Positions 12,778 through 23,435 are shown, numbered from the whole stretch's first letter. The stretch: 63,957 nt of DNA, filler included, from Octopus bimaculoides (GCF_001194135.2; 8 parts of 7 records of this genome joined end to end with filler, not necessarily neighbours in it); one strand, 5' to 3'. Program-made: numbers and translations. Notes: generated by a model from the letters alone, not told the origin.

Positions 12778-13654
12778 AGAGGTCTGATCAATAAGTACCC
12801 GGACTGTTACCATAGTAACGGAGTTAAAGCACGCAGAATGAAGCCACTTGGTAAAGATATGACCTTCAACTCTGCTGTGCACGCGCACTTAGTTTTAACG
12901 TTCTAGCTCATTTCCGCTGTGTACAACAGTACTTGGAAGGAAGGTGTGTAGCGTGTGATCGTCGCACGGGCCATGACAGAGAAAACTGTCATGGCGTTAG
13001 CTCAGAGGTCTACGCAAAGTTGCAGAAAGCGTATAGAGAGGAGTGTATGAGCCGCACACAAGAGTACGAGTGGATCAGACATTTCCAAGAAGGCCGAAAA
13101 AATGTCGTTATTGATGAACGTTCTGGGAGAACTGCAACCAGCAAAACTGAGTAAAACATCGCAGATATGTGTGTAGTTGTGAAGGAAAATCGTCGAATCA
13201 CCATCCGTGAGTTATCAGAGTATGTGCAGATTAGTTACAGTTCAGTTCAGTCCTTTATCACTGGAGATTTGGGTATGAGACGTGTGCCAAGTTTGTGGCA
13301 AAACTGCTTTTAACTGACTAAAAAGACACTCGGGTTTCAGTTGCACAAAATCTCCCTGGTTGAGTTGAAAACTTTGAAAACTTTGCGAAAGCTTCTGAGC
13401 AGGTATCGCCAAGATTTTGGCAAAATTTGATGCAGATTCTCTTCTCAGCTCTGTCTGGCATGGTCAATACGACGATCACACGCTACACTCCTTCCTTCGA
13501 AGCACTGCTATAAACAGCGAGAGTGGCCTATAACGTTAAAACTTAGTGCACATGCACAGCAGAGTTGAAGGTCAATCTGTGCCAAGCGGCTTTAAATGTG
13601 TGTTTTAGTTTCGTTACTATAGCAATAGTCCGGATACTTATTGATCAGACCACG
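12778..13654 (+). mobile_element. Non-autonomous mariner element (MITE-like) with long inverted arms and TA target site duplication
   Basis: TA|agaggtctgatcaataagtacccggactgttaccatagtaacg ... cgttactatagcaatagtccggatacttattgatcagaccacg|TA; arms about 190 bp; internal SEVYAKLQKAYREECMSRTQEYEWIRHFQEGRKNVVIDERSGR...RRITIRELSE is a mariner N-terminal HTH. Confidence 0.92.
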
Positions 13655-13729
13655 TAAACACACAGACAGACAGACACACACACACACACATATTTGTACA
13701 TACCCATATACACACAAGCACATATATGC

Positions 13730-13737
<8 letters not shown>

Positions 13738-13787
<50 letters not shown>

Positions 13788-13845
13788 AGAGTGAGAGGGA
13801 GAGAGAAGAGTGAGAGGGAGAGAGAAGAGTGAGAGGGAGAGAGAA
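13738..13845. repeat. (GA)n plus a short GA-rich tandem unit (gagagggagagagaagagt)
   Basis: Direct inspection. Confidence 0.85.
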
Positions 13846-14455
13846 ACAGACACAGAGGTCTTGCTTCAGTGTATGCATCTGGTGGGAAAAGATTGCTGAA
13901 ATAGATTTCCTCAAAAGATAGCAACAATGCATTGATCTAAAAACTTCAAGAAACTTCATCTCTTGTCTACCATTTAATGCATTAAAGAACAGAATTATCA
14001 AAACACTAAACTTCTAAAGCTTTATGAAAGGATTGACTTATTTGCCAGAAAAATCTATTTTGTTTCAGAAGAAGGATTACTTTCCAAATTGCTAAAACCT
14101 TGCTTTCCCAAAGAACAGCCAAGTTATTTAAACTCATGAGCTTTAGTAATTGCCACGACAATCCAGCAAAGTCTGATATGAAATGACTAAAAAAAAAATG
14201 CTATTATCTCTTCATATGACAAGTTAGCAAGAATCAAAGACTTGATAAAATCATCTCGCTATAACGCTATGCAGGTCGCTACCAAAAGTGTTTCATTAAA
14301 AATGTATTCATTATTCAACCAAATACTTACTAATTTTACTATATTACGTTAGTGTTTATATACTATAAAATCTAAGAGCTCAATTATTAACAGATGATTA
14401 CTATGCAATAATTATAAGTGGAATGAATTCGTATATACATGTATGTATATATATA

Positions 14456-14519
<64 letters not shown>

Positions 14520-15024
14520 TACACACACACATTGGATAAAGCGAATGCCCAAAGCAACATATTTAGACAAGATCTCAGAGATGTTTCATGATTTCATTAT
14601 AATTTCTACGGCTGTTTCAGCTTTCAAAGTAGAATATAATTACGTAATTCATCAATATGTATATAAGAAACGATATATCTAAATGCATTGAATACGCCAT
14701 TTTTGCAGAAAATAAAGCTGGAATATTTAGCAAAACTTCAATAAAACTCTTTCTTAATGAAATAAACTCCTTTGTTTATATTTAATCCCCTGAGTTATTG
14801 CATTTCTGGGTAGATTAAGAAGCGGTTGTGTTCATAACAAGAGGTTATAAGAAAACTAGGGAGTTTTTAATTCCATAGCATTTATGTATTTTTTATCGTA
14901 TTTTATGAATATTAGCATAAATTGTTTATTGCTTTCAACTGAGAAAATCACTAGTTTATTGCCTTTTAGAACCTCAAGGGAAACAATTAATTGTTTGCTA
15001 AACATGGCGGAAACAGATTCTGAT

Positions 15025-15231
15025 TTGAAATTTTGACACAAGGCCAGCAATATCAGAGGAGCGCGTGAGTCGGTGACATCAACTTCAGTGTTCAGGTGGT
15101 AATTATTTTCATAGAACCCGAAAGGATGAAAAGCCAAGTCGACCCCGGCGGTATTTGAACTCAGAAAGTGATTACAGACGAAATACCACTAAGCATCTTG
15201 CCCGGCGTTCTAATGATTCCGCCTGCTCGGC
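15025..15231 (-). mobile_element. SINE family A copy (diverged)
   Basis: aaggatgaaaagccaagtcgaccccggcggtatttgaactcagaa...gacgaaataccactaagcatcttgcccggcgttctaatgattccgcctgctcg is the reverse complement of the family A head and body. Confidence 0.8.
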
Positions 15232-15409
15232 GTTTTTGGTCGGAAACACATATTGCAATGTATTTCTATTCAATTACACCAGTTTTTAGGTTTCCTCGTC
15301 GATTTTTGCATCTTTAACGAACTTCATACGTACACAGGCCAAATCCCACATAAGCATGCATGTATACGGACACAGATATAAATATCTATATACTGTGTGC
15401 ATGCGTTTG

Positions 15410-15582
15410 ACAGTCGCACTTCGTCGCCATTCCGTCCACCGAGTTTCACGCACAAGACATTAGTCTGTCCGAAACTTTGGTAGAAATCACTTGTTCAATG
15501 TGACGTACAGTAAGACCGAAACTGAAAGCCTGTTGTTTTCAAGCGGACTCCTTAACCTCACGAACATGACATGCCTGCGCCG
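15410..15582 (-). mobile_element. SINE family B 5' part (old)
   Basis: Reverse complement ggcgcaggcatg...gaacaagtgatttctacca...ggtggacggaa aligns loosely to the head of 40832 and 62730. Confidence 0.55.
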
Positions 15583-16261
15583 TATGTATTGTGGCAGAGA
15601 CTTAACCATATGAACCGAGCTCTGAATAAACACCATATAGGGAAACGGTAAGGTAGCACTCTTTATGCTTTGCTCTTATACTGTATAAAAATTTGGCTTT
15701 GAGTTGAAACTGAACCGTAATAGATTAGCTCACACCACAGACATGGTACAACAGTCTTGTCATCATAAGGTCATTTGTAAGCGGAAAAGTTGATCTGTTA
15801 ATCATTGCACCATAGCAAAGTTTTTACGAAAACGTAGACGAGTAATATTTAAAGAGTTTCGCTTTCTCATGAGTTCGCGGTACTTACAATATAATTAAAA
15901 AAGTTCATTTAAAAATGAGAGAAAACAACGAAAGAAAACCAAACAATTAAAACGAATTTTTCTGTTGTATATGATTCAACAACTAGTTTGCTAATTGAAT
16001 CTATTTAGATAACAACATCGCTTTGTTTTTACACTGTTTCAGTGACATAGAGTTTCAAATAACTGTTGAAGAACACTAACAGACACACACACACACACAT
16101 GCAAACAGACACGTGTATTTGTGTAAAAACAGGAGATTATATATATAATACTTATACGCATCTGTGTACGTATATACAGGTATGCATATCAGCATATTTA
16201 TTTACATACGTATACATGCATTTATATATATATATATATATCTATATATATAAAAATGAGA

Positions 16262-16514
16262 ATGTGTGTGTGTCTGTCTGTCTGTGTGAATCCCTAAAAC
16301 TCGAGAACTACGCAACCAATTTCAATGAAGTTTTATACATGCCTTACTTAGGGTTCCAGTTGTGTTTTAGTAAAAAAAAATATTAACGTCTTGCAGAGTT
16401 CGAGCACACGGCAACATAATATCTCCTCCACTATTTAAGTATTACGTGTCAAAAGTGAAACAAAAACACTCATGTCAAATACTTTCACTTTAAAAATGAA
16501 ACTATTCCACTAAC
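16262..16514 (+). mobile_element. Helentron/DINE-1-like non-autonomous element 5' part
   Basis: (tgtc)n microsatellite followed by gtgaatccctaaaactcgagaactacgcaaccaatttcaatgaagttttatacatg, the layout typical of HINE/DINE elements; truncated by a spacer. Confidence 0.5.
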
Positions 16515-16614
16515 NNNNNNNNNNNNNNNNNNNNNNNNNNNNNNNNNNNNNNNNNNNNTTAATTAATTAANNNNNNNNNNNNNNNNNNNNNNNNNNNNNN
16601 NNNNNNNNNNNNNN
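16515..16614. other. Artificial 100-bp join spacer N44-TTAATTAATTAA-N44 (also at 30273, 43640, 47563, 54050, 61157, 62662)
   Basis: Identical 12-mer with stops in all six frames, centred in N runs, seven times. Confidence 0.95.
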
Positions 16615-16632
16615 TATATATAGAAAACAAAA

Positions 16633-16670
16633 CTGTCCGACGAACGGGAACGTGAAACACTGAGTAATAA
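16633..16670 (+). ncRNA. Hammerhead-like motif (type I, variant core)
   Basis: ctgt-CCGACGA-ACG-GGAA-CGT-GAAA-CACTGAGT-A-ataa: core with U4C, 3-bp stem II with GNRA loop, imperfect stems III and I. Confidence 0.35.
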
Positions 16671-16819
16671 ATCGAAAGGTAATCTACTATAAATCGGCAC
16701 GAACTTTCCGTACAACCCAATAGATTAAAAAAGGTTGTTGTATAAGGCCGGAACAATGCGAAAAAGTACAAAGTAAACTACAAAAGGAAAAGAAGACAGA
16801 ACAAAGTTGCAGTTTTACC

Positions 16820-16867
16820 TTTTATTTCTATATTTCGGGCTGAAGACCCTTTCTTCAGGTAAAAAAA
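16820..16867 (-). ncRNA. Hammerhead-like motif (type I, minimal)
   Basis: Minus strand tttttttac-CTGAAGA-AA-GGGT-CTTCA-GCCC-GAAA-TA-T-A-gaaataaaa: canonical core, stem II, palindromic ATAT stem III, weak stem I. Confidence 0.45.
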
Positions 16868-16891
16868 TAGAAAGCGGCAGTTGGCAAAGGT

Positions 16892-16928
<37 letters not shown>

Positions 16929-16939
16929 TTGTGCTTGTG

Positions 16940-17256
16940 TTTGTCTTTCAACACCGTTTGGCAACCGGTGTTGGTGTGTTTTCGTTCCCGTCACTTATTG
17001 GTTCAGGTAAAAGAAAGTTGGCAAAAATCGCGCTCGCGCCTGCGTCGTTGTGTCTGTGTTTGTCCCCCCACCACCGTTTGATAACCCGTGTTGGTGTGTT
17101 TACATCCTCGTAACTTAGTGGTTCGGTGAAAGAGACCGATAGAATATGTACCAGCCTTGAAAAAAAAGATAACAACAATAACAAAAAAAAACAAGTCCTT
17201 CGAAACGGTACCCCAACATGGCCGCAGTCAAATGACTGAAGCAAGTAAAATTAAAA
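16940..17256 (+). mobile_element. SINE family B 3' part with partial internal duplication
   Basis: ccgtttg.caacc.gtgttggtgtgttt occurs twice; ends catggccgcagtcaaatgactgaagcaagtaaaa like 40832-41250. Confidence 0.8.
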
Positions 17257-17952
17257 GGAATCTCCACTCCAACCCAGACACAAATGTGAAGGGACTCGAA
17301 AAATTCCTCGTCTACCTTTGTGTTTCCTGTTAATCAAAGTAGAGGGCGTTGTAAGTATTTTCTGCCTCTGGGTGTATTACATGAATCCTTGCAAAGACAC
17401 TGAATTTCTATGTTCTCCAGACATTGTCTAATCTAAAACCAACGCTCTCCAAAATGTCCGCGTCTTCGTCGTTGTCGCTATTGGTGATGGTGGCGGAGGT
17501 GGTGGTNNNNNNNNNNATAATGGTGGTGGCGATGGTGTTTTTATTGTTATTGATGGTGGAGGTCGTAGTTGGTGGTAGTGGTGGTTATTATTTAGGCGGT
17601 GGTGGCAGTGGTGGCTGTAGTGGTGACACGGGGGCTGGTTTTAGTGGTGGTTGTAGTGGTGTTGGTGGCAATGGTAGCCATGGTGATGATGATGATGATG
17701 ATGATGATGGTGGTAGCAGTGGTGAAGGTGATAATAATGATGCTGGAGTAGTAATGGTGACGGTAGAGGTGGTGGTGTTGGTAGTGGTGATGGTGGCGGT
17801 GGTTGTGGTGGTAGTGGTCAAAAAGCATTTCTGTCATAAGGATTTCATTCTTATTTGGAATCGTAACGGAAGGAGACTCCCACCCCGGGTGCATCTCATT
17901 TAATTTTCATTAATTAAGATCATCAGGCGACGAATTGTTAGAATCCTTAGTG

Positions 17953-18060
17953 CAGTGGTTCTCAACCAGGGTACATATGACCCCCACCCCGGGTGGGGGT
18001 GTTCATATAAGATTATGTTGCTAAAGTTTATGTGCAATAACATGTTTATACTGCTACATT
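17953..18060 (+). mobile_element. hAT (Charlie-like) MITE end fragment
   Basis: Begins cagtggttctcaacc, a hAT-type TIR; interrupted by the SINE at 18067; second TIR not found. Confidence 0.45.
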
Positions 18061-18066
18061 AGCGAA

Positions 18067-18380
18067 GGCGCATAGCTCAGAGTTTAGAGCGTCGGGTTTA
18101 CAAACACGAGGGAGTGAGTTCGATTCCCGGCCCGGGCTGTGCGTTGTGTTCTTGAGCAAGACACTTTATTTCACGTTGCTCCAGTTCACTCAGCTGTAAA
18201 AATGAGTTGCGACATCACTGGTGCCAAGGTGTATCTGTTGTATGGAGAGGTGAGACTAATATGCATGGGAGATTGCTGGTCTTCGATAAACAACCTTTCC
18301 ATGACTTGTGCCTCGGAGGGGTACTTACTAGGTGCAATCCCATGGTCCTTCATGACCGAAGGGGGTCTTTACCCTTTTAC
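18067..18380 (+). mobile_element. tRNA-derived SINE family C
   Basis: Head ggcgcatagctcagagtttagagcg...gagttcgattcccgg with Pol III A and B boxes, then the central block cttgagcaagacactttatttcacgttgctccagt shared with 18622-18754 and 60759-60990. Confidence 0.88.
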
Positions 18381-18394
18381 TTCTACATTCCTGA

Positions 18395-18497
18395 AGATAT
18401 TTTAGCAATTACGTTTCGGTTGATATACCATCCAGCTTTTATCAGATATCTTGGGGAAATTTCGAACCTGGGTTCTCATTCCTAAGGAATTTTTCGA

Positions 18498-18563
<66 letters not shown>

Positions 18564-18622
18564 TCAGGTCACTGCTTGGAATCGAACTCGGAATCTTGGG
18601 GTTAGTATCCCGCGCTCTTGAC
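18395..18622 (-). mobile_element. SINE-like element: tRNA-like head + (AAT)n + hammerhead-like tail
   Basis: Minus strand ggtcaagagcgcgggatactaaccccaagattccgagttcgattcc (B box), (aat)n, then gatat-CTGATAA-A-AGCTG-N10-CAACC-GAAA-CG-T-A. Confidence 0.6.
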
Positions 18623-18754
18623 CAGCTGAGTGGACTGGAGCAACGTGAAATGAAGTTTTGCTCAAGAAAACAACGCGTCGCCCGGTCAAGGAATCGAAAC
18701 CACAGTCTTACGATCATGATGTTGACAACCTAACTAGTAAGCCACGCACCTCCA
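18622..18754 (-). mobile_element. tRNA-derived SINE head (family C/D-related)
   Basis: Reverse complement ggaggtgcgtggcttactagttagg...gtttcgattccttgaccgggcgacgcgttgttttcttgagcaaaacttcatttcacgttgctccag; same head as 60759. Confidence 0.8.
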
Positions 18755-19237
18755 CAGACTTGACGAAAATATTGTGATATTGTGAGTTATTTAGACGCAT
18801 TAATATCAAAGTGTAGGCATGGTGGAAAATGGTGCCATGACAAGTAATTAGACACTACATACACACAATGCAATTTCTAACGCTGCAGTTTGCATAATAC
18901 TATATTTAGTTAATATATGAATGTTAGTGACACAATTGAATCGCTATAATGAGACAGACGTAACTAATTAAATACGTGTGTGGTTAAACATATGAATATG
19001 CCAGAAACAATGTAAATTATAAACTCTAAACTTCGAGACCTCGGAGTTTCGTATGCTACTTACACAATCGTCAGTGGAGGAAGAAATTATTCTTTTTTGT
19101 AAACACACACACACACGCACACACACGAGCACGCATACATGCGCACGCATATATTATGGTAGTACAGTGTTACGTGATATTCTACACAAACACACGCACG
19201 TACATATATGCAAACAGAATAAATGAATATATGTACA

Positions 19238-19275
<38 letters not shown>

Positions 19276-19479
19276 TAACGTTGTGTCTGCCACTTGCTAA
19301 AATTACGTGATAAGTGACATGTACAAACATCAACTCACTTAAGTTACTTATGTAACTATATTTAACGAATATTTTTAAACGCTTCATTTTCTCTATGAGT
19401 TTTATATCTTCTTCTTGGTACCAGCATGTACTTATGTATTGCGTTAAGTCAAATGTTTTGCAATATTTTGCTTAATTAA

Positions 19480-19907
19480 GGCGGCGAACTGGCATGAAAA
19501 GTTAGTACGCCGGGCGAAATGCTTAATGGTATTTCGTCTGTTTACGTTCTGAGTTCAAATTCCGCCGAGGTCGTCTTTGCCTTTCATCCTTTCGGGGTCG
19601 ATTAAATAAGTACCAGTTACGCACTGGGGTCGATATAATCGACTTAATCCCTTTGTCTGTCCTTATTTGTCCCCTTTATGTTTAACCCCTTGTGGGCAAT
19701 AAAGAAATAAGAAACGTTAGTACGCCAGGCGAAATGCTTAGCGGTATCTCGTCTGTCTTTACGTTCTGAGTTCAAATTCCGCTGAGGTCGTCTTTGCCTT
19801 TCATCTTTTCGGGATCGATAAATTAAGTACCAGTTGCATACTGGGGTCCATCTAATCGACTGGCTCCCTCTCCCAAAATTTCGGGCTTTGTGCTTAGCGT
19901 AGAAAAG
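19480..19907 (+). mobile_element. SINE family A dimer (tail type A1 followed by 5'-clipped tail type A2)
   Basis: Two bodies in tandem, 19480-19713 ending aataaagaaataagaa and 19711-19907 ending gctttgtgcttagcgtagaaaag. Confidence 0.92.
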
Positions 19908-20881
19908 AAGAGAATAAAATGTTTTCGGTTGCTCCCACGTCATTCAGCCCAGTTCAAACTCGTAAAGCATCTGTGCAGTTTTCAAGTCACCCACGGAATC
20001 AAATAATGCACAACGTATCAGCGAACCAACTGCCACGGTACAACCAGCCTCAGCGACTACCTTCCACAGCTTAAACGCTTCGGTCACGTGATCTACTCGC
20101 AGCAGTCGTCTCAAGATATTTACATATATTTCGTGTTACGCTAAGAAGTGGTATACGGCACCACAATTTTCGACTCGAGTCAAATATAACATGCTACTCG
20201 AAGTCGTTGTAAGAGAATCCGCGTAAGTGGAGTCAAGACGGGCTAGTCTGTACAAGCACCAAGTCGTATTACTTGTAATCATGAAGCCAAACAAAATAAT
20301 GATAATTTGAAATAATTTAAGACGTACATTTCTGGTCTGCGTAATATACAATAGGAAATGAAAGCCTGAAATTAGTCCGTTACAAAATCTCAATTCGAGA
20401 TAGAAGCAATATACAAACCAAAATGTATTGCTTATGGCCACTTTAATGTGGATGCTTTCTTAAAGACGACGATACTGCCATTTAACCCTAGGACGACATC
20501 TCCTCCAGCTGGTTCCTTCAGTGCGCTTCTCGCACCCGATATTTATTGTAAGCGGGAGATAACTCCTGCCACCCTAGCTTCCAGACCACCAGACCAGGTG
20601 GTTTCAATCTGTATTGGATCTCCTCAGTGATGGGTACTTGTTGCCAGTAATACTTTTTTGGTTCATATGCTGCTTCTCTCTCGAGCAGAGATTTTCTAAC
20701 GGTCTAGTTTGCTTGTTACAAAATCAAAGATTCTATGACACTGTGTTTTCTATATATTGCGAGCGACGTAAACTGACAAACGAGTATTCAAGATTTCTTA
20801 CCAATAGAAAAAGAGTTGGTTTCTAGCCCTGATGCAAGTCTTCTTCCTTGGAATTTCAACAACATCAACAGGATAGTTTTG

Positions 20882-20916
<35 letters not shown>

Positions 20917-21401
20917 NNNNNNNNNNNNNNNNNNNNNNNNNNNNNNNNNNNNNNNNNNNNNNNNNNNNNNNNNNNNNNNNNNNNNNNNNNNNNNNNNNNN
21001 NNNNNNNNNNNNNNNNNNNNNNNNNNNNNNNNNNNNNNNNNNNNNNNNNNNNNNNNNNNNNNNNNNNNNNNNNNNNNNNNNNNNNNNNNNNNNNNNNNNN
21101 NNNNNNNNNNNNNNNNNNNNNNNNNNNNNNNNNNNNNNNNNNNNNNNNNNNNNNNNNNNNNNNNNNNNNNNNNNNNNNNNNNNNNNNNNNNNNNNNNNNN
21201 NNNNNNNNNNNNNNNNNNNNNNNNNNNNNNNNNNNNNNNNNNNNNNNNNNNNNNNNNNNNNNNNNNNNNNNNNNNNNNNNNNNNNNNNNNNNNNNNNNNN
21301 NNNNNNNNNNNNNNNNNNNNNNNNNNNNNNNNNNNNNNNNNNNNNNNNNNNNNNNNNNNNNNNNNNNNNNNNNNNNNNNNNNNNNNTTTATAAACAAACA
21401 C

Positions 21402-21415
21402 TGCTGCTGCTGCCG

Positions 21416-21447
<32 letters not shown>

Positions 21448-21476
21448 GAAACTACTGCTGCTGCTGCTACTACTAT

Positions 21477-21525
<49 letters not shown>

Positions 21526-21529
21526 GCTG

Positions 21530-21566
<37 letters not shown>

Positions 21567-21675
21567 TACTACTACTACTACTACTTTCATCACTACCATC
21601 GCTACCACCATCCTATTCCGCTCCTCCTCCTCCTCCTCCTACTACTACTACTACTACTGCTACTACTACTACTTA
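21402..21675. repeat. (CTA/CTG/CCT)n trinucleotide tract
   Basis: Direct inspection. Confidence 0.9.
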
Positions 21676-22115
21676 CAAATCCCGAGTATGGTGTCTCAAG
21701 GAAGTACGGCTGCACCTAGATATGCATGTTTTTTATTGATGTCATTGCTGCTGCTAACGATGCTGGTGGTGGCGGCGGCGATAATGGTGGTAGTGCTATT
21801 TTCCGAATGTAGGACAAAGTGCGAACGTGACTGATGCCCGTTTCCAGAAGAGGACAGAAATAACCGAAGCACAAACAAACAAACACAAATATACAAGTAA
21901 GCGCTCATACATAGAAAGAGAGAGAAAAAAACAAATCCGATACCAAGACATACATAAATCCATGAATACATATTTTATTAATGCCGTTACCCCAACCGCC
22001 ACTGCGAAGTTCCTGCAATAAATCTACGGATAACAACAGGTAATCGATACTGTGCCGGTGCTTTACTCATCATCTACTTGTACATTTTGTACAATTTCTC
22101 CACTATATATATATA

Positions 22116-22316
22116 TATGATTGACCGTTGACTGAACACTATTCAATTTTTTTTCTCCGTGTTTTTCTCCTTGTCTCCGTATTCTTTCTGTTGAAGAGCG
22201 TAGCTCGAAACGTCAAAGACTTTCCGTATTCCCGAGCGTCATACTAATATATACTTTTGTTATTTACACCACCTGTCCTCGTCTGTTGTTATTATTTGTA
22301 TATTCTCCCATATATA
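22116..22316 (+). mobile_element. Short (TA)n-flanked repeat family P2 with hammerhead-like motif (near-identical to 43397-43595)
   Basis: About 200 bp, near-identical to 43397-43595 (one substitution seen); diverged copy at 33504-33700. Confidence 0.85.
22183..22219 (+). ncRNA. Minimal type I hammerhead-like motif (A6U core, extra A after A9)
   Basis: tcttt-CTGTTGA-A-GAGC-GTA-GCTC-GAAA-CG-T-C-aaaga: 5-bp stem I, 4-bp stem II, palindromic ACGT stem III, GUC site. Confidence 0.55.
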
Positions 22317-23377
22317 TATNNNNNNNNNNNNNNNNNNNNNNNNNNNNNNNNNNNNNNNNNNNNNNNNNNNNNNNNNNNNNNNNNNNNNNNNNNNNNNNNN
22401 NNNNNNNNNNNNNNNNNNNNNNNNNNNNNNNNNNNNNNNNNNNNNNNNNNNNNNNNNNNNNNNNNNNNNNNNNNNNNNNNNNNNNNNNNNNNNNNNNNNN
22501 NNNNNNNNNNNNNNNNNNNNNNNNNNNNNNNNNNNNNNNNNNNNNNNNNNNNNNNNNNNNNNNNNNNNNNNNNNNNNNNNNNNNNNNNNNNNNNNNNNNN
22601 NNNNNNNNNNNNNNNNNNNNNNNNNNNNNNNNNNNNNNNNNNNNNNNNNNNNNNNNNNNNNNNNNNNNNNNNNNNNNNNNNNNNNNNNNNNNNNNNNNNN
22701 NNNNNNNNNNNNNNNNNNNNNNNNNNNNNNNNNNNNNNNNNNNNNNNNNNNNNNNNNNNNNNNNNNNNNNNNNNNNNNNNNNNNNNNNNNNNNNNNNNNN
22801 NNNNNNNNNNNNNNNNNNNNNNNNNNNNNNNNNNNNNNNNNNNNNNNNNNNNNNNNNNNNNNNNNNNNNNNNNNNNNNNNNNNNNNNNNNNNNNNNNNNN
22901 NNNNNNNNNNNNNNNNNNNNNNNNNNNNNNNNNNNNNNNNNNNNNNNNNNNNNNNNNNNNNNNNNNNNNNNNNNNNNNNNNNNNNNNNNNNNNNNNNNNN
23001 NNNNNNNNNNNNNNNNNNNNNNNNNNNNNNNNNNNNNNNNNNNNNNNNNNNNNNNNNNNNNNNNNNNNNNNNNNNNNNNNNNNNNNNNNNNNNNNNNNNN
23101 NNNNNNNNNNNNNNNNNNNNNNNNNNNNNNNNNNNNNNNNNNNNNNNNNNNNNNNNNNNNNNNNNNNNNNNNNNNNNNNNNNNNNNNNNNNNNNNNNNNN
23201 NNNNNNNNNNNNNNNNNNNNNNNNNNNNNNNNNNNNNNNNNNNNNNNNNNNNNNNNNNNNNNNNNNNNNNNNNNNNNNNNNNNNNNNNNNNNNNNNNNNN
23301 NNNNNNAGCTTCGTCACTATTATAGGTATCAAAATGCACAAGAAATACTCATAGATTACGGAGAGAACGATGTATAC

Positions 23378-23435
<58 letters not shown>

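Larger units (their letters stand above)
16617..16890. mobile_element. Short Penelope-like/retrozyme-like repeat with two hammerhead-like motifs in opposite orientation
   Basis: See the ncRNA features at 16633-16670 (+) and 16820-16867 (-); starts at a (TA)n remnant. Confidence 0.45.

Noticed and set aside
17351-17420. 70-nt GTAAGT...ctccAG mini-intron joining two open frames
   Set aside because: The downstream frame runs into trinucleotide microsatellite and the upstream frame starts in a SINE tail; probably chance.
18067-18140. tRNA gene call (also 35917-35990)
   Set aside because: The cloverleaf is imperfect and continues into SINE body sequence shared with other copies; these are SINE heads.
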